Shown here: piece by piece, positions 9,437 to 18,420 of the stretch
Layout of the letters: each line of letters opens with the position of its first letter
How positions within the stretch are numbered: position 1 is the stretch's first letter
Assembly (NCBI GenBank): GCA_964617645.1
Contig: CAZTYE010000002.1
Span: 374,648 to 438,647, forward strand
From: an uncultured Ignavibacteria bacterium
GTDB taxonomy: Bacteria > Zixibacteria > MSB-5A5 > CAIYYT01
Direction of reading: 5' to 3'
Length of the DNA stretch: 64,000 bases
Translations under genes and position numbers: made by a program
Notes under the pieces: generated by a model
What the model saw: the letters and a program-made list of their open reading frames with translations, nothing else
Databases searched by the model: none
Told to the model about the DNA's origin: nothing

Positions 9437-10363
9437 TTACCGAGTTAGTTGTACATCTCTGCCTGTTTTCAAATCATAAGTGAACAAAAAGTACTTGTCT
9501 TTCGGAATTCCGCCGGATACGACGCGTCTTGGGCTTGAATGGATAACGTTCATGCCATCCCGCGAGAAGCACTCAACGAGTCTTTGCCCAATTCTAACCT
9601 CCTTTCCTGAACTAAGGCTGAGTACGATGGTTTGGAACTGTCCGACGACGACTCGGAAGCAGACACTATCGCCACCTGCCGAGACAGCGGGAAAAGCACA
9701 TCCGGAACGAAGCTCGGTTAACTCCTGAGTTAAGGCGTCAACGAAATACAGCGACCCCGACAACTCGAACACCAATCTTGGCTCATTGGGCATCCATCGC
9801 GGCCGAGTCCAATTGTATGCCGCGTACGGCGTGCTACCACCGATTCGGACAAGTGTAACGGATGAGATATCGATGAGAAATATGCGTGAAGGGAGCGTAA
9901 GTTGACTTCTCGTTGATACTGCGATAGTCTTACCGTCTGTCGAGAAACTAGTGTATTGCAATTCACCGATGCTTGTAAGCCGAGTATCAGCCCCAGTCGC
10001 AACAGATCGAATGTAGAGATCTCCGTCGACTTGCGAGATGTACGCAATCGTATCACCCGAAGGACTCCAGGAGGGGTAGCTGCCGCCATAGATGACGAGA
10101 CTGTCGTTCGTTCCATCAGCGTTGATGACGTAGATCCCCGGCAATTTGCTATGACTGTCGACGGGATCATAGAAGGTTACAGGAGTATGTTCATATGCGA
10201 TTACATCGCGGACGGGATTCCAAGCTGCTCGCCAGTCACGGATCGGGACCGGCACGACCGGCACCGGGTTGGTGTCACCGCCCCCGAGGAAATTATCCCC
10301 GCATCCGAGCGCGACGACAACCGCCACGCCCAAGCACACACCACAATACCGGAACTTTCCCAT
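9437..10363 (-). CDS. TolB-like beta-propeller lipoprotein (PD40/WD40-like repeats).
   Basis: Likely start at the internal Met (MGKFRYCGVCLGVAVVVALGCGD, lipobox LGC). Repeated SWSPSGDTIAY / SFSTDGKTIAV motifs typical of TolB-type propellers. Confidence 0.5.
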   Translation of the reverse strand: MGKFRYCGVCLGVAVVVALGCGDNFLGGGDTNPVPVVPVPIRDWRAAWNPVRDVIAYEHTPVTFYDPVDSHSKLPGIYVINADGTNDSLVIYGGSYPSWSPSGDTIAYISQVDGDLYIRSVATGADTRLTSIGELQYTSFSTDGKTIAVSTRSQLTLPSRIFLIDISSVTLVRIGGSTPYAAYNWTRPRWMPNEPRLVFELSGSLYFVDALTQELTELRSGCAFPAVSAGGDSVCFRVVVGQFQTIVLSLSSGKEVRIGQRLVECFSRDGMNVIHSSPRRVVSGGIPKDKYFLFTYDLKTGRDVQLTR

Positions 10364-10534
10364 TTCCGCCTCTTCCGTTGTGGAACCAGAGTACAATTCG
10401 ACAGCAATAGAATTGACGCGGCGATTGTCAGATTGTCAAACGGTTTTTTGACTTTTTAATCTTCTTTAATATCGGATACGTCTATCCAACTCGGCGAACA
10501 GACGTATCCTATTGATTTGCAACAGCGTGAAGAC

Positions 10535-11461
10535 CTAATACCCCAGCACCTTGAGATGCTCTTTGTAGGTCGCGGCCGATTTCTGCAACGCCGCCAATTC
10601 CGGCGCGTCGAGTTTGAGTTCGATGATCTTCTCGACACCGCCGTTACCAAGCACCACCGGCACGCCGATGTAAATGTCGTTGATGCCGTATTGTCCGGTC
10701 AGCAACGCCGAACACGGGAACACTTTTTTCGTATCGGAGAGAACGGCCTTGACCATCTCGACCGAAGCCGCCGCCGGTGCATAGTACGCCGATCCGGTCT
10801 TGAGCAGCGCGACGATCTCGGCGCCGCCGTCGATGGTGCGCTTGGCGAGTGCGTCGATCCGCTCTTTGGGCATCAACTCGGTAATCGGCACGCCGCCGAC
10901 GGTCGTGTAGCGCGGCAGCGGCACCATCGTGTCGCCGTGACCGCCGAGCACCATCGCCTCCGTGCCGGTTTGCGCGATACCAAGCTCCCAACCGACGAAT
11001 GTGCGAAAGCGCACCGAGTCGAGTATTCCCGCCTGCCCGAAAATGCGGTTGGCCGGAAAGCCGGTGACTTTGTAGGCATGATAGGTCATTAGATCGAGCG
11101 GATTGGCAACCATGATAATCATCGCCTGATCGGCATATTGTTTGACACTCTTGGCAACCGAGCCGATGATCTCGGCGTTCTTGATCAACAGATCTTCGCG
11201 CGACATTCCCGGTTTGCGCGCCAGACCCGCAGTGTGAACTACGATGTCAGAGCCTTTGAGCATCGAGAAATCGTTGGTGCCGCTGATCTGGACGTCGTAG
11301 CCGCGCACCGGGCCGGCTTGCATCAAATCCAGCGCTTTGCCCTGAGGTAGGCCTTCGACAACATCGAATAGCGTGATGTCGCAAACGTTATCTTCGGCCA
11401 AGTACTGCGCGACCGCCGCGCCGACATTTCCCGCTCCGATGACTGAAACCTTCTTACGCAT
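10535..11461 (-). CDS. mdh: Malate dehydrogenase (LDH-like MDH family).
   Basis: MRKKVSVIGAGNVGAAVA Rossmann motif. Strong family resemblance throughout (IVVHTAGLARKPGMSREDLL, MVLGGHGDTMVPL). Start taken at the Met that gives the canonical N-terminus. Confidence 0.85.
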   Translation of the reverse strand: MRKKVSVIGAGNVGAAVAQYLAEDNVCDITLFDVVEGLPQGKALDLMQAGPVRGYDVQISGTNDFSMLKGSDIVVHTAGLARKPGMSREDLLIKNAEIIGSVAKSVKQYADQAMIIMVANPLDLMTYHAYKVTGFPANRIFGQAGILDSVRFRTFVGWELGIAQTGTEAMVLGGHGDTMVPLPRYTTVGGVPITELMPKERIDALAKRTIDGGAEIVALLKTGSAYYAPAAASVEMVKAVLSDTKKVFPCSALLTGQYGINDIYIGVPVVLGNGGVEKIIELKLDAPELAALQKSAATYKEHLKVLGY

Positions 11462-11478
11462 AGTGTCCTCCCACTTCA

Positions 11479-12726
11479 TCACACCCGGGCTTGCGGCCGA
11501 CCGGCGAACGAAAGCGTCTGCGCGGCGGCATCAAGCACGACTGCGATTTTGGCGTTTTGTCCATATTGATCAATCAAATCGTCCAATGTATTTTGCGCAT
11601 CCGCCGTCGGCCGAATCGGCAGATCCAGCAGGACGCGCGAATCAAGCTTTGAGCATAGCACAAGGCGTAGGCGCTTGGCAAGAGCGATTGTGCGATGGAC
11701 TTTGTGGATGCCCATCATCCCTCTTTCGCCCGTTGCTGATGCTGGAATTTTGCCGGTTGCGATCTGAGCGGCGATCTTCAGGAATCGATCATCCCCGATT
11801 CCCTCCGCACAAGCCGAGATCAGCAGGATCGTCCCCCCCTCGCGAACCGCCGCGGCGACGTTCTCGTATGACTTCTGCAACTGGTACAGGTTGCGATCCA
11901 ATGGCGGGTAGACGACGCTGATTACGACATCGAACGGCTCGCGGACTTCATGCCCGAAGTTCGTCGCGACGTACTCGCAACACCGGTCGTAAGTCTGATC
12001 CCAGTCGCCGCTGGCCGCAAAGTATACCCGCTGCTTGTGATCACAGACGACCTGAATCGCGAGGCGATCTTTGCCATTGAGAGACTGCGTTCGCGCGAAG
12101 ATGTCTTCCCAAACCGGATTGCCGCTTCGTTTCAGCGGTTGGCTCTCAGCGCTGACGGCGCAAGCATGATTGCGCTCGACATCACGGAATGAAGCGCAGC
12201 CCGGCAGGATGATTTTGCGGCCACCGGTAAACCCGGCAAAGTAGTGCGGCTCGACCGAGCCGATGATCAGAATCGCTTCCGCCCAAGCGAGCCAGTCGTT
12301 GAGCCGCACGGCGTCTTCGCCCGATCCGAAGTCCGCCAGCTCGATTTCGTTGAATGCATCATGGACGCGAATCCGCTTGCCGATGCGATCCGCCCAGGCC
12401 CCGAAGATCTTCTGCGGATTCGAGACCTGTGCGCCTTGGTGCAATCCTGTCGCGACGAGGAATCGCAAATGCGACATGTCCATGCCCGGCAAAATGCGGT
12501 CGAGAATCGCCGCCGTCGGCGTCGGGCGGAAGGCATCATTGACGACGATTAACGTCCGGCCTGACGAGCGAAGAAAGTCGTGAATAGCATGCGGGAGAGT
12601 TCCCTGCTTGAGCCAATGCGAATCATCGATCGGCCGCAGGCGTTTGGCTGGTAGATCGAAGACCACCGCCGCATCAGGAATCGACAGGGGAATTGATGTG
12701 TCATCGTAGTGGACTTGGATGATCAT
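11479..12726 (-). CDS. LarA-family (nickel-pincer-nucleotide-dependent) 2-hydroxyacid racemase/epimerase-like protein (DUF2088).
   Basis: 415 aa with the LarA-like GFTGGRK-type motif (HYFAGFTGGRKIILPG). Length and architecture match lactate racemase homologs. Assignment by family resemblance only. Confidence 0.5.
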   Translation of the reverse strand: MIIQVHYDDTSIPLSIPDAAVVFDLPAKRLRPIDDSHWLKQGTLPHAIHDFLRSSGRTLIVVNDAFRPTPTAAILDRILPGMDMSHLRFLVATGLHQGAQVSNPQKIFGAWADRIGKRIRVHDAFNEIELADFGSGEDAVRLNDWLAWAEAILIIGSVEPHYFAGFTGGRKIILPGCASFRDVERNHACAVSAESQPLKRSGNPVWEDIFARTQSLNGKDRLAIQVVCDHKQRVYFAASGDWDQTYDRCCEYVATNFGHEVREPFDVVISVVYPPLDRNLYQLQKSYENVAAAVREGGTILLISACAEGIGDDRFLKIAAQIATGKIPASATGERGMMGIHKVHRTIALAKRLRLVLCSKLDSRVLLDLPIRPTADAQNTLDDLIDQYGQNAKIAVVLDAAAQTLSFAGRPQARV

Positions 12727-12794
12727 ATCGCGAGAACCCGTTCACAGTCGTCAGTCCGGATCGCGCAATGTTCCAACTGGACGACAACGTCTCC

Positions 12795-12854
12795 ATTCCC
12801 CTCTTGAAAGGGGTGCTGTCCCGCGGCTTGTTGCGGGACGGCGGGCTGTGTCAT
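12795..12854. repeat. Short palindrome-rich element; a second copy lies at 55932..55992.
   Basis: attcccctcttgaaaggggtgctgtcccgcggcttgttgcgggacggcgggctgtgtcattc versus attcccctcttgagaggggtgctgtcccgcaccatcggtgcgggatggcggggtgtgtcactc. Two internal hairpins (cccctcttgaNagggg; gtcccgc...gcgggac). Confidence 0.7.
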
Positions 12855-12912
12855 TCAGCCTTCTCGCCCCGCCGCGGCCAAACAGTGCCCGCGTTCTGTA
12901 AGAATGCGTGAC

Positions 12913-13323
12913 CTACTTGACGTCGCCGAAATGAAAACGAATCTCGATCGCGCCGTTCTCGACCGAGTCCGAACCGTGCACCGAATTCTTGCCGAGATCG
13001 ATCGCAAAATTCTGCCGGATCGTACCGACTGCCGCCTTCTTGGGGTCGGTGGCGCCGATCAATTCGCGAAAGGCGTTGACCGCATTCTCGCGCTCCAAAG
13101 CGGCGACCACAATCGGCGACGACGACATAAACGCCACCAACTCATCGAGAAACGGTTTGCCTTCATGCACTCTGTAGAACTCGCGCGCTTGCGCCGTAGT
13201 CAAGTGAACCATTTTCAGCGCCACGATCTTGAAACCCGACGCTTCCACGCGTCCGAGAATCGTTCCGGTGAGATTGCGTTCCACCGCATCCGGCTTAATC
13301 ATCATTAATGTGCGTTCTTTCAC
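12913..13323 (-). CDS. ndk: Nucleoside diphosphate kinase.
   Basis: 136 aa. MIKPDAVERNL...NAVHGSDS-type Ndk signature (GKNSVHGSDSVENGAIEI). Confidence 0.9.
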   Translation of the reverse strand: MKERTLMMIKPDAVERNLTGTILGRVEASGFKIVALKMVHLTTAQAREFYRVHEGKPFLDELVAFMSSSPIVVAALERENAVNAFRELIGATDPKKAAVGTIRQNFAIDLGKNSVHGSDSVENGAIEIRFHFGDVK

Positions 13324-13928
13324 TATTTCAATCCTTGTCTGGCTTCTTTGCCGACCCTGAGACCAAGCTCAAGCGCCGCCATGTTCTTCTCTTCGGTGCC
13401 GCGTGGCGAGCGCTTCTGCACGATCTTGGTCAGCGCGCCGACCGTGATCACGTCCGTCACCGCGCAAATCGCGCCGAGGGAGATGACGTTGGCAACCATT
13501 GGCAGACCGATTTCATGGCGCGCCAGTTGGCTAAACGGGATTCCCACGGTGCGGGCGAACGGCGTCTGTGTGACCAGATGGGAATCGACAATCATGATGC
13601 CGTGATCTTTGAGCGCATGATGATACAGATCGCACGACTCTTGCGTCATCGCCAAGAGCAGGTCGAGCGCCATCGGCTTGGGATAGTAGATCTCGTTTGG
13701 TGATATCACCAAATCAGTGCGCGAGGCGCCGCCCCGCGCTTCGGGGCCGTAACTCTGCGTTTGCACGACATTCTTGCCGTCGATTGTCGCGGCGGCTTCG
13801 GCGAGAATCACTCCCGCCAGCACCAGCCCCTGACCGCCCGAACCCGAGAGGCGAATTTCATAGCGATCGAACGATTGCGCCGGTTCATGCTGCTCGGCAT
13901 GACCTTTGCCCTTGGTTTTGGTCGTCAT
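13323..13928 (-). CDS. korC: 2-oxoacid:ferredoxin oxidoreductase, gamma subunit.
   Basis: 201 aa. RLSGSGGQGLVLAGVILAEAA motif of the Por/Kor gamma family. Operon position after the beta subunit. Confidence 0.75.
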   Translation of the reverse strand: MTTKTKGKGHAEQHEPAQSFDRYEIRLSGSGGQGLVLAGVILAEAAATIDGKNVVQTQSYGPEARGGASRTDLVISPNEIYYPKPMALDLLLAMTQESCDLYHHALKDHGIMIVDSHLVTQTPFARTVGIPFSQLARHEIGLPMVANVISLGAICAVTDVITVGALTKIVQKRSPRGTEEKNMAALELGLRVGKEARQGLK

Positions 13929-14785
13929 GATTTCTTCCCTCCTACGCTCTCAATCAACTGGTCGTAACGGTCGCAGTACTCTTCCTTTTCCAGGTCGCAG
14001 AAAACTCCGGTGAGCATCTTGCCTTCGAGTTTTTCCGGCGGCATCTTGGCGGCGGCTTTAAGTGGAATTGCCAGTTTCTTCATGTCCTCGATCATCTTGA
14101 CGGCATCGCCGGCTCGATTGAGACGACCGAAATAAGTATGGCAATTCGAAAACGCCTCCACGACCGAAAACCCGCGTTTGGCAATCGCCTGCTCGATCAA
14201 GTCATCAAGCTGCGCAACGTGGTAGACCGTTCCGCGAGCGACATACGACGCGCCGGCGGCCATGGCTAATTTTGGAATATCAAACTGGTTCTCTTTGTTC
14301 CCGTACGGCGAAGTCGTCGCATAGGCATCGGAGGGCGTCGTCGGCGAAAACTGTCCGCCGGTCATGCCATAGATCATGTTATTGATCAGAATTGTCGTGA
14401 TGTCGATATTGCGCCGTGCGGCATGAATAAAGTGATTGCCGCCAATCGCCAGCGCGTCGCCGTCGCCGGTGATCACAATCACTTTAAGTCTGGGCTTGGC
14501 GAGCTTGACACCGGTCGCAAACGCCAACGCCCGGCCGTGCGTCGTGTGCAGCGTGTTGAAATCGAGGTACACCGGCAAGCGCGACGAGCAACCGATGCCG
14601 GAAACCAAGCACACGTCGTCCCGCTGAAGCTGAAGTTTGTCGATGGCGCGCACGAGGCAGCCCATGACAATACCGATGCCGCAGCCGGGGCACCAAACAT
14701 TGGGAAACGCCTTCTTGGGGCGCAGGTACTGGTGAACTACGTCAGATTTTTGCAGCATGTTATCTGGCCTCCTTGATCTTATCAA
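13925..14785 (-). CDS. korB: 2-oxoacid:ferredoxin oxidoreductase, beta subunit (TPP-binding).
   Basis: 286 aa. WCPGCGIGIV and GDGDALAIGGNHFIHAARRN TPP-binding motifs. 4-nt overlap with gamma. Confidence 0.8.
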   Translation of the reverse strand: MIRSRRPDNMLQKSDVVHQYLRPKKAFPNVWCPGCGIGIVMGCLVRAIDKLQLQRDDVCLVSGIGCSSRLPVYLDFNTLHTTHGRALAFATGVKLAKPRLKVIVITGDGDALAIGGNHFIHAARRNIDITTILINNMIYGMTGGQFSPTTPSDAYATTSPYGNKENQFDIPKLAMAAGASYVARGTVYHVAQLDDLIEQAIAKRGFSVVEAFSNCHTYFGRLNRAGDAVKMIEDMKKLAIPLKAAAKMPPEKLEGKMLTGVFCDLEKEEYCDRYDQLIESVGGKKS

Positions 14786-15896
14786 GGATCTGTTCGGGCG
14801 TGATTAGCTCCGAATCGTAGCGCGTCAGGCTCACGACTTTGACATGTTTCGGCGCGACGCGTTCGATCTCATTAACGTATTGCCCCTGGTTCAATTCGGC
14901 GACAATGATCGCCTCCAGCGACTTCGAGCCGAAGATCCGATGGTACTGCTTGTCGTGCGTCGGCCAGATTGTGATCGGCCGCACTTGCCCGACTTTCATC
15001 CGCCGATGCCGCGCCATCATCACAGCTTGCTTAGCGGCGCGAGCCACCGAACCGTAGGCGACGACGGCGACATGCGCGTCTTCCATGCCATCGGTTTCGA
15101 TTTCGCAAATATCGTCGAGGTAGCGCATGATCTTGCTCTGCAGCTTGTGCAGCTTGTCATGAATCTTTTTTGACTCGTTGGTCGGATAGCCTTCCTCATT
15201 GTGTGTCAGACCGGTGACATGATAGCGGTAGCCGTCGCCGAATGCCGCCATCGGTGATTTGAAGCTCGGCGTGATCTCGAACGGCTTGTACCAGTTCGCC
15301 GGCACGTCCGGTTTGGTTCGGTCGACAACCTTTAACGACCGGGACTCCGGCATCACCACCCGCTCGCGCATATGGCCAAGAACTTCGTCGAGCAAGAGAA
15401 TAGTCGGCGTGCGGTACTCTTCCGCTAAATTCATGCATCTTACGGTTAGCCTGATCGTCTCTTCGACCGACTGCGGTGCGAGCGCGATCGCGACATAATC
15501 GCCGTGCGTGCCCCAGCGCGCCTGCATTGTGTCGGCCTGTGACACCTTGGTCGGCAAACCCGTCGATGGCCCACCGCGCTGCACGTTGACAATCACGCAC
15601 GGGACTTCGGCCATGTAGGCGTAGCCGAGGTTTTCCTGCATCAACGAGAATCCCGGCCCCGAAGTTGCCGTCATCGATTTGGCTCCGGCACAGGAGGCGC
15701 CGATAATCGCCGCCATCGATGCAATCTCGTCTTCCATCTGGATGAACTTGCCACCCGTCTTGGGAAGCCGGCGCGCCAGTCCCTCGGCGACTTCCGTCGA
15801 CGGCGTAATCGGATAGCCGGCGAAAAAGCTCAGTCCGCCGATAAGCGCGCCTTCGACCACGGCTTCATTGCCTTGAATCAATCGTATATCAGCCAC
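14760..15896 (-). CDS. korA: 2-oxoacid:ferredoxin oxidoreductase, alpha subunit.
   Basis: 378 aa. Por/Kor alpha N-terminal domain (GNEAVVEGALIGG...FFAGYPITPSTE). Confidence 0.8.
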   Translation of the reverse strand: MADIRLIQGNEAVVEGALIGGLSFFAGYPITPSTEVAEGLARRLPKTGGKFIQMEDEIASMAAIIGASCAGAKSMTATSGPGFSLMQENLGYAYMAEVPCVIVNVQRGGPSTGLPTKVSQADTMQARWGTHGDYVAIALAPQSVEETIRLTVRCMNLAEEYRTPTILLLDEVLGHMRERVVMPESRSLKVVDRTKPDVPANWYKPFEITPSFKSPMAAFGDGYRYHVTGLTHNEEGYPTNESKKIHDKLHKLQSKIMRYLDDICEIETDGMEDAHVAVVAYGSVARAAKQAVMMARHRRMKVGQVRPITIWPTHDKQYHRIFGSKSLEAIIVAELNQGQYVNEIERVAPKHVKVVSLTRYDSELITPEQILDKIKEAR

Positions 15897-15907
15897 GTGT
15901 GTGTCTC

Positions 15908-16180
15908 CTACTTCTCATTCGATACGATCGCCAGATCGGGACAATGCAGCCAGCAAATCGCGCACTGCGTGCACTTGTCCGGATAGGTGATGATCGGTTT
16001 GCCGTCGCGGTCGGACGTGAATACCTGATGCGGACAAAAACTGATGCAAATGCCGCAAGCCTTGCACCAGTGCAGATAGATCGTAAGAGGATTTCGTCCG
16101 CTTGTCGGTGTGGTCGCAGTCGCTTGACCGCCGGTTGTGTCAGACATATCAGCCAACTCCTCGTCTTGCTGCCGCAGCAA
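15908..16180 (-). CDS. korD: 2x[4Fe-4S] ferredoxin, delta subunit of the oxidoreductase.
   Basis: 90 aa with two CxxCxxCxxxCP motifs (CKACGICISFCP, CTQCAICWLHCP). Confidence 0.75.
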   Translation of the reverse strand: MLRQQDEELADMSDTTGGQATATTPTSGRNPLTIYLHWCKACGICISFCPHQVFTSDRDGKPIITYPDKCTQCAICWLHCPDLAIVSNEK

Positions 16181-17263
16181 TTAACGCTTCTTCGTTTTGG
16201 CCTTGTTGTTCTTCGCCTTGGCGGCTTTGGCCGGTTTCATTTTAGTCACGGACGCCTTCAGCTTTTTGACCGGCGCTTTCTTAACCGGTTTCTTGGACGG
16301 CTTCTTGGCGGCTGGTTCTGCAGCCACCTTCTTAGCCGCCGGTCTGGCTTTGGTCGTCTTGGCGGCCAGTTTAGTTCCCGATGACTTTGCCAACTTCGCG
16401 AGCTTCTGCTCGATCAAGACCGCGACCTCGGATGGCGTCTTCGCGACCGGTACACCGACAGCATTGAACGCCGCGATCTTCTCCATCGCCGTGCCTTTAC
16501 CACCGGAAATGATCGCTCCCGCGTGACCCATCCGCTTGTCGGCCGGAGCCGTCAGGCCGGCGATAAACGCGACCACCGGCTTGTTCATGCGCTTCTTAAT
16601 GAACTGCGCCGCTTCTTCTTCGTCGGTGCCGCCGATTTCGCCAACCAGAACGACCGCCTTGGTCTGCGGATCCGCCTGAAACGCCGTCAGGCAGTCGATG
16701 AAATTGGTGCCGATGATCGGATCGCCGCCGATGCCGATGCAGCTCGACTGGCCGATATCTTTTCGTGTGAGATTATAGACGATCTCGTATGTCAATGTCC
16801 CGGAGCGCGAGACGAGGCCGACATTACCTTGTTTGTGAATGTGCCCCGGCATGATTCCGACCTTGGTGACACCCGGCGTAATGATGCCCGGACAGTTCGG
16901 CCCGATCAAGCGGACGCCCTTGAGCTTGAGATAATTGTATACCTTGAGCATGTCGACTGCCGGAACGCCTTCACTGATGCAGACAATCAGGTCAACGCCG
17001 CCGTCGGCGGCCTCGTAAATCGCATCCACTGCGAACTGCGCTGGCACATAAATCACTGAGGTATTCGCGCCGGTCTTGGCGACGGCTTCGCGCACTGTGT
17101 TGAAAATCGGCGTGCCTTCGAATGCCGTGCCGCCCTTGCCCGGCGTGACACCGGCGACAACATTCGCGCCATACTCTTTCATCTGGCGCGCGTGGAATGA
17201 ACCGTCGCGCCCGGTGATGCCCTGCACGACGATCTTCGTTTTCTTATCTACAAAAATTCCCAT
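16181..17263 (-). CDS. sucD: Succinyl-CoA synthetase alpha subunit with about 70 aa Lys/Ala/Pro-rich C-terminal extension.
   Basis: [27 protein letters not shown]... canonical SucD to about residue 290. This is followed by [71 protein letters not shown]. Confidence 0.85.
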   Translation of the reverse strand: MGIFVDKKTKIVVQGITGRDGSFHARQMKEYGANVVAGVTPGKGGTAFEGTPIFNTVREAVAKTGANTSVIYVPAQFAVDAIYEAADGGVDLIVCISEGVPAVDMLKVYNYLKLKGVRLIGPNCPGIITPGVTKVGIMPGHIHKQGNVGLVSRSGTLTYEIVYNLTRKDIGQSSCIGIGGDPIIGTNFIDCLTAFQADPQTKAVVLVGEIGGTDEEEAAQFIKKRMNKPVVAFIAGLTAPADKRMGHAGAIISGGKGTAMEKIAAFNAVGVPVAKTPSEVAVLIEQKLAKLAKSSGTKLAAKTTKARPAAKKVAAEPAAKKPSKKPVKKAPVKKLKASVTKMKPAKAAKAKNNKAKTKKR

Positions 17264-17283
17264 GACTTCTCATCCTTTCCCGG

Positions 17284-18420
17284 TTATGCGACCTGCGCGA
17301 GTTCGATCGCCTTCTGAACAACGCCGTCCATCGTATCGGACGAAGCCAGCTTCGAGTCGGCCAAAATCTGCCGCGCAGCCTCCTCGTTGGTGCCGGTCAG
17401 GCGTACGACAATCGGTACCGACGGATTGAACTCCGCGACCGCTTTGACGATACCGTGCGCGACATCATCGCAGCGAGTGATACCGCCGAAGATGTTGAAC
17501 AAAATCGCCTTCACGTTCGGATCGCGCAGAATGATGCGCATCGCCGTCACGACCTTATCGGGATTCGACGATCCGCCGATATCAAGGAAATTCGCCGGTT
17601 CGCCGCCGTAGTGTTTGACCAAGTCCATCGTCGCCATTGCCAGACCGGCGCCGTTGACCACGCAACCGATATTGCCGTTGAGACCCACGAATGAGAGGCC
17701 TTTTTCACGTGCTTCGTTCTCCGCTTCCTCGGACGGCGCGACATCGCGCAGTCCTTCGAAATCCTTGTGCCGATAGAGCGCGTTGTCGTCGAGATTGATC
17801 TTGGCGTCCAGCGCCACAACTTCGCCGCTCGGTGTCGTCACTAACGGATTGATCTCCGCCAACGAACAGTCGCTTGCCATGAAACATTCATAGAGCTTTT
17901 GGATGATCCGCGCGGCTTGATTGGCGGTGTGAATATCGCCGTAGATCTTGAATGCCAATTCGCGCGCCTGAAAGAACTGAATCCCCAGCAACGGATCGAT
18001 GTGCAGCTTGTGAATCTTCTCCGGCGTTTTGGCGGCGACGTCTTCAATGTCAATGCCGCCTTCGGCTGATACCATGATCACCGGCTTCTTGGCGGCGCGG
18101 TCAATTATGATACCGACATAGGCCTCATGGGCGATATCACTGGCCTCGGTGACCAGCACCTTGCGGACAGTCAGCCCTTTGATGTTCATGCCGAGGATCT
18201 GTTGCGCGTGCGTGAAAGCTTCTTCGACATTGGCGGCGTACTTGATCCCGCCCGCCTTGCCGCGACCGCCGACATGCACTTGCGATTTGATCATGACCGG
18301 ACGGCCGTAATCGGCGGCGATTTCGCGCGCCTCCTCCGGCGTTGTGGCGACGCGCCCTTTCGGCACCGGAATGCCGAAGCGGGCGAATATCTCCTTGGCC
18401 TGATACTCATGTATTTTCAT
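17284..18420 (-). CDS. sucC: Succinyl-CoA synthetase beta subunit (ATP-grasp).
   Basis: 378 aa. MKIHEYQAKEIFARFGIPVPKG N-terminus typical of SucC. Confidence 0.85.
   Translation of the reverse strand: MKIHEYQAKEIFARFGIPVPKGRVATTPEEAREIAADYGRPVMIKSQVHVGGRGKAGGIKYAANVEEAFTHAQQILGMNIKGLTVRKVLVTEASDIAHEAYVGIIIDRAAKKPVIMVSAEGGIDIEDVAAKTPEKIHKLHIDPLLGIQFFQARELAFKIYGDIHTANQAARIIQKLYECFMASDCSLAEINPLVTTPSGEVVALDAKINLDDNALYRHKDFEGLRDVAPSEEAENEAREKGLSFVGLNGNIGCVVNGAGLAMATMDLVKHYGGEPANFLDIGGSSNPDKVVTAMRIILRDPNVKAILFNIFGGITRCDDVAHGIVKAVAEFNPSVPIVVRLTGTNEEAARQILADSKLASSDTMDGVVQKAIELAQVA

Noticed and set aside
10644-10991. 115-aa Arg-rich ORF on the minus strand, and numerous + strand ORFs (e.g. 10517..11092, 5146..5793, 16523..17059, 35902..37308) inside well-supported minus-strand genes.
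   Set aside because: These are antisense or alternate-frame ORFs typical of high-GC DNA. Their compositions are dominated by Arg/Ala/Pro, they have no family resemblance, and they fully overlap genes with strong homology support.
12727-12912. Intrinsic terminator for ndk within the palindrome-rich repeat.
   Set aside because: Hairpins are present (cccctcttgaaagggg), but neither is followed by a U-tract on the minus strand. The sequence is a copy of a dispersed element, so it is called as a repeat rather than a terminator.
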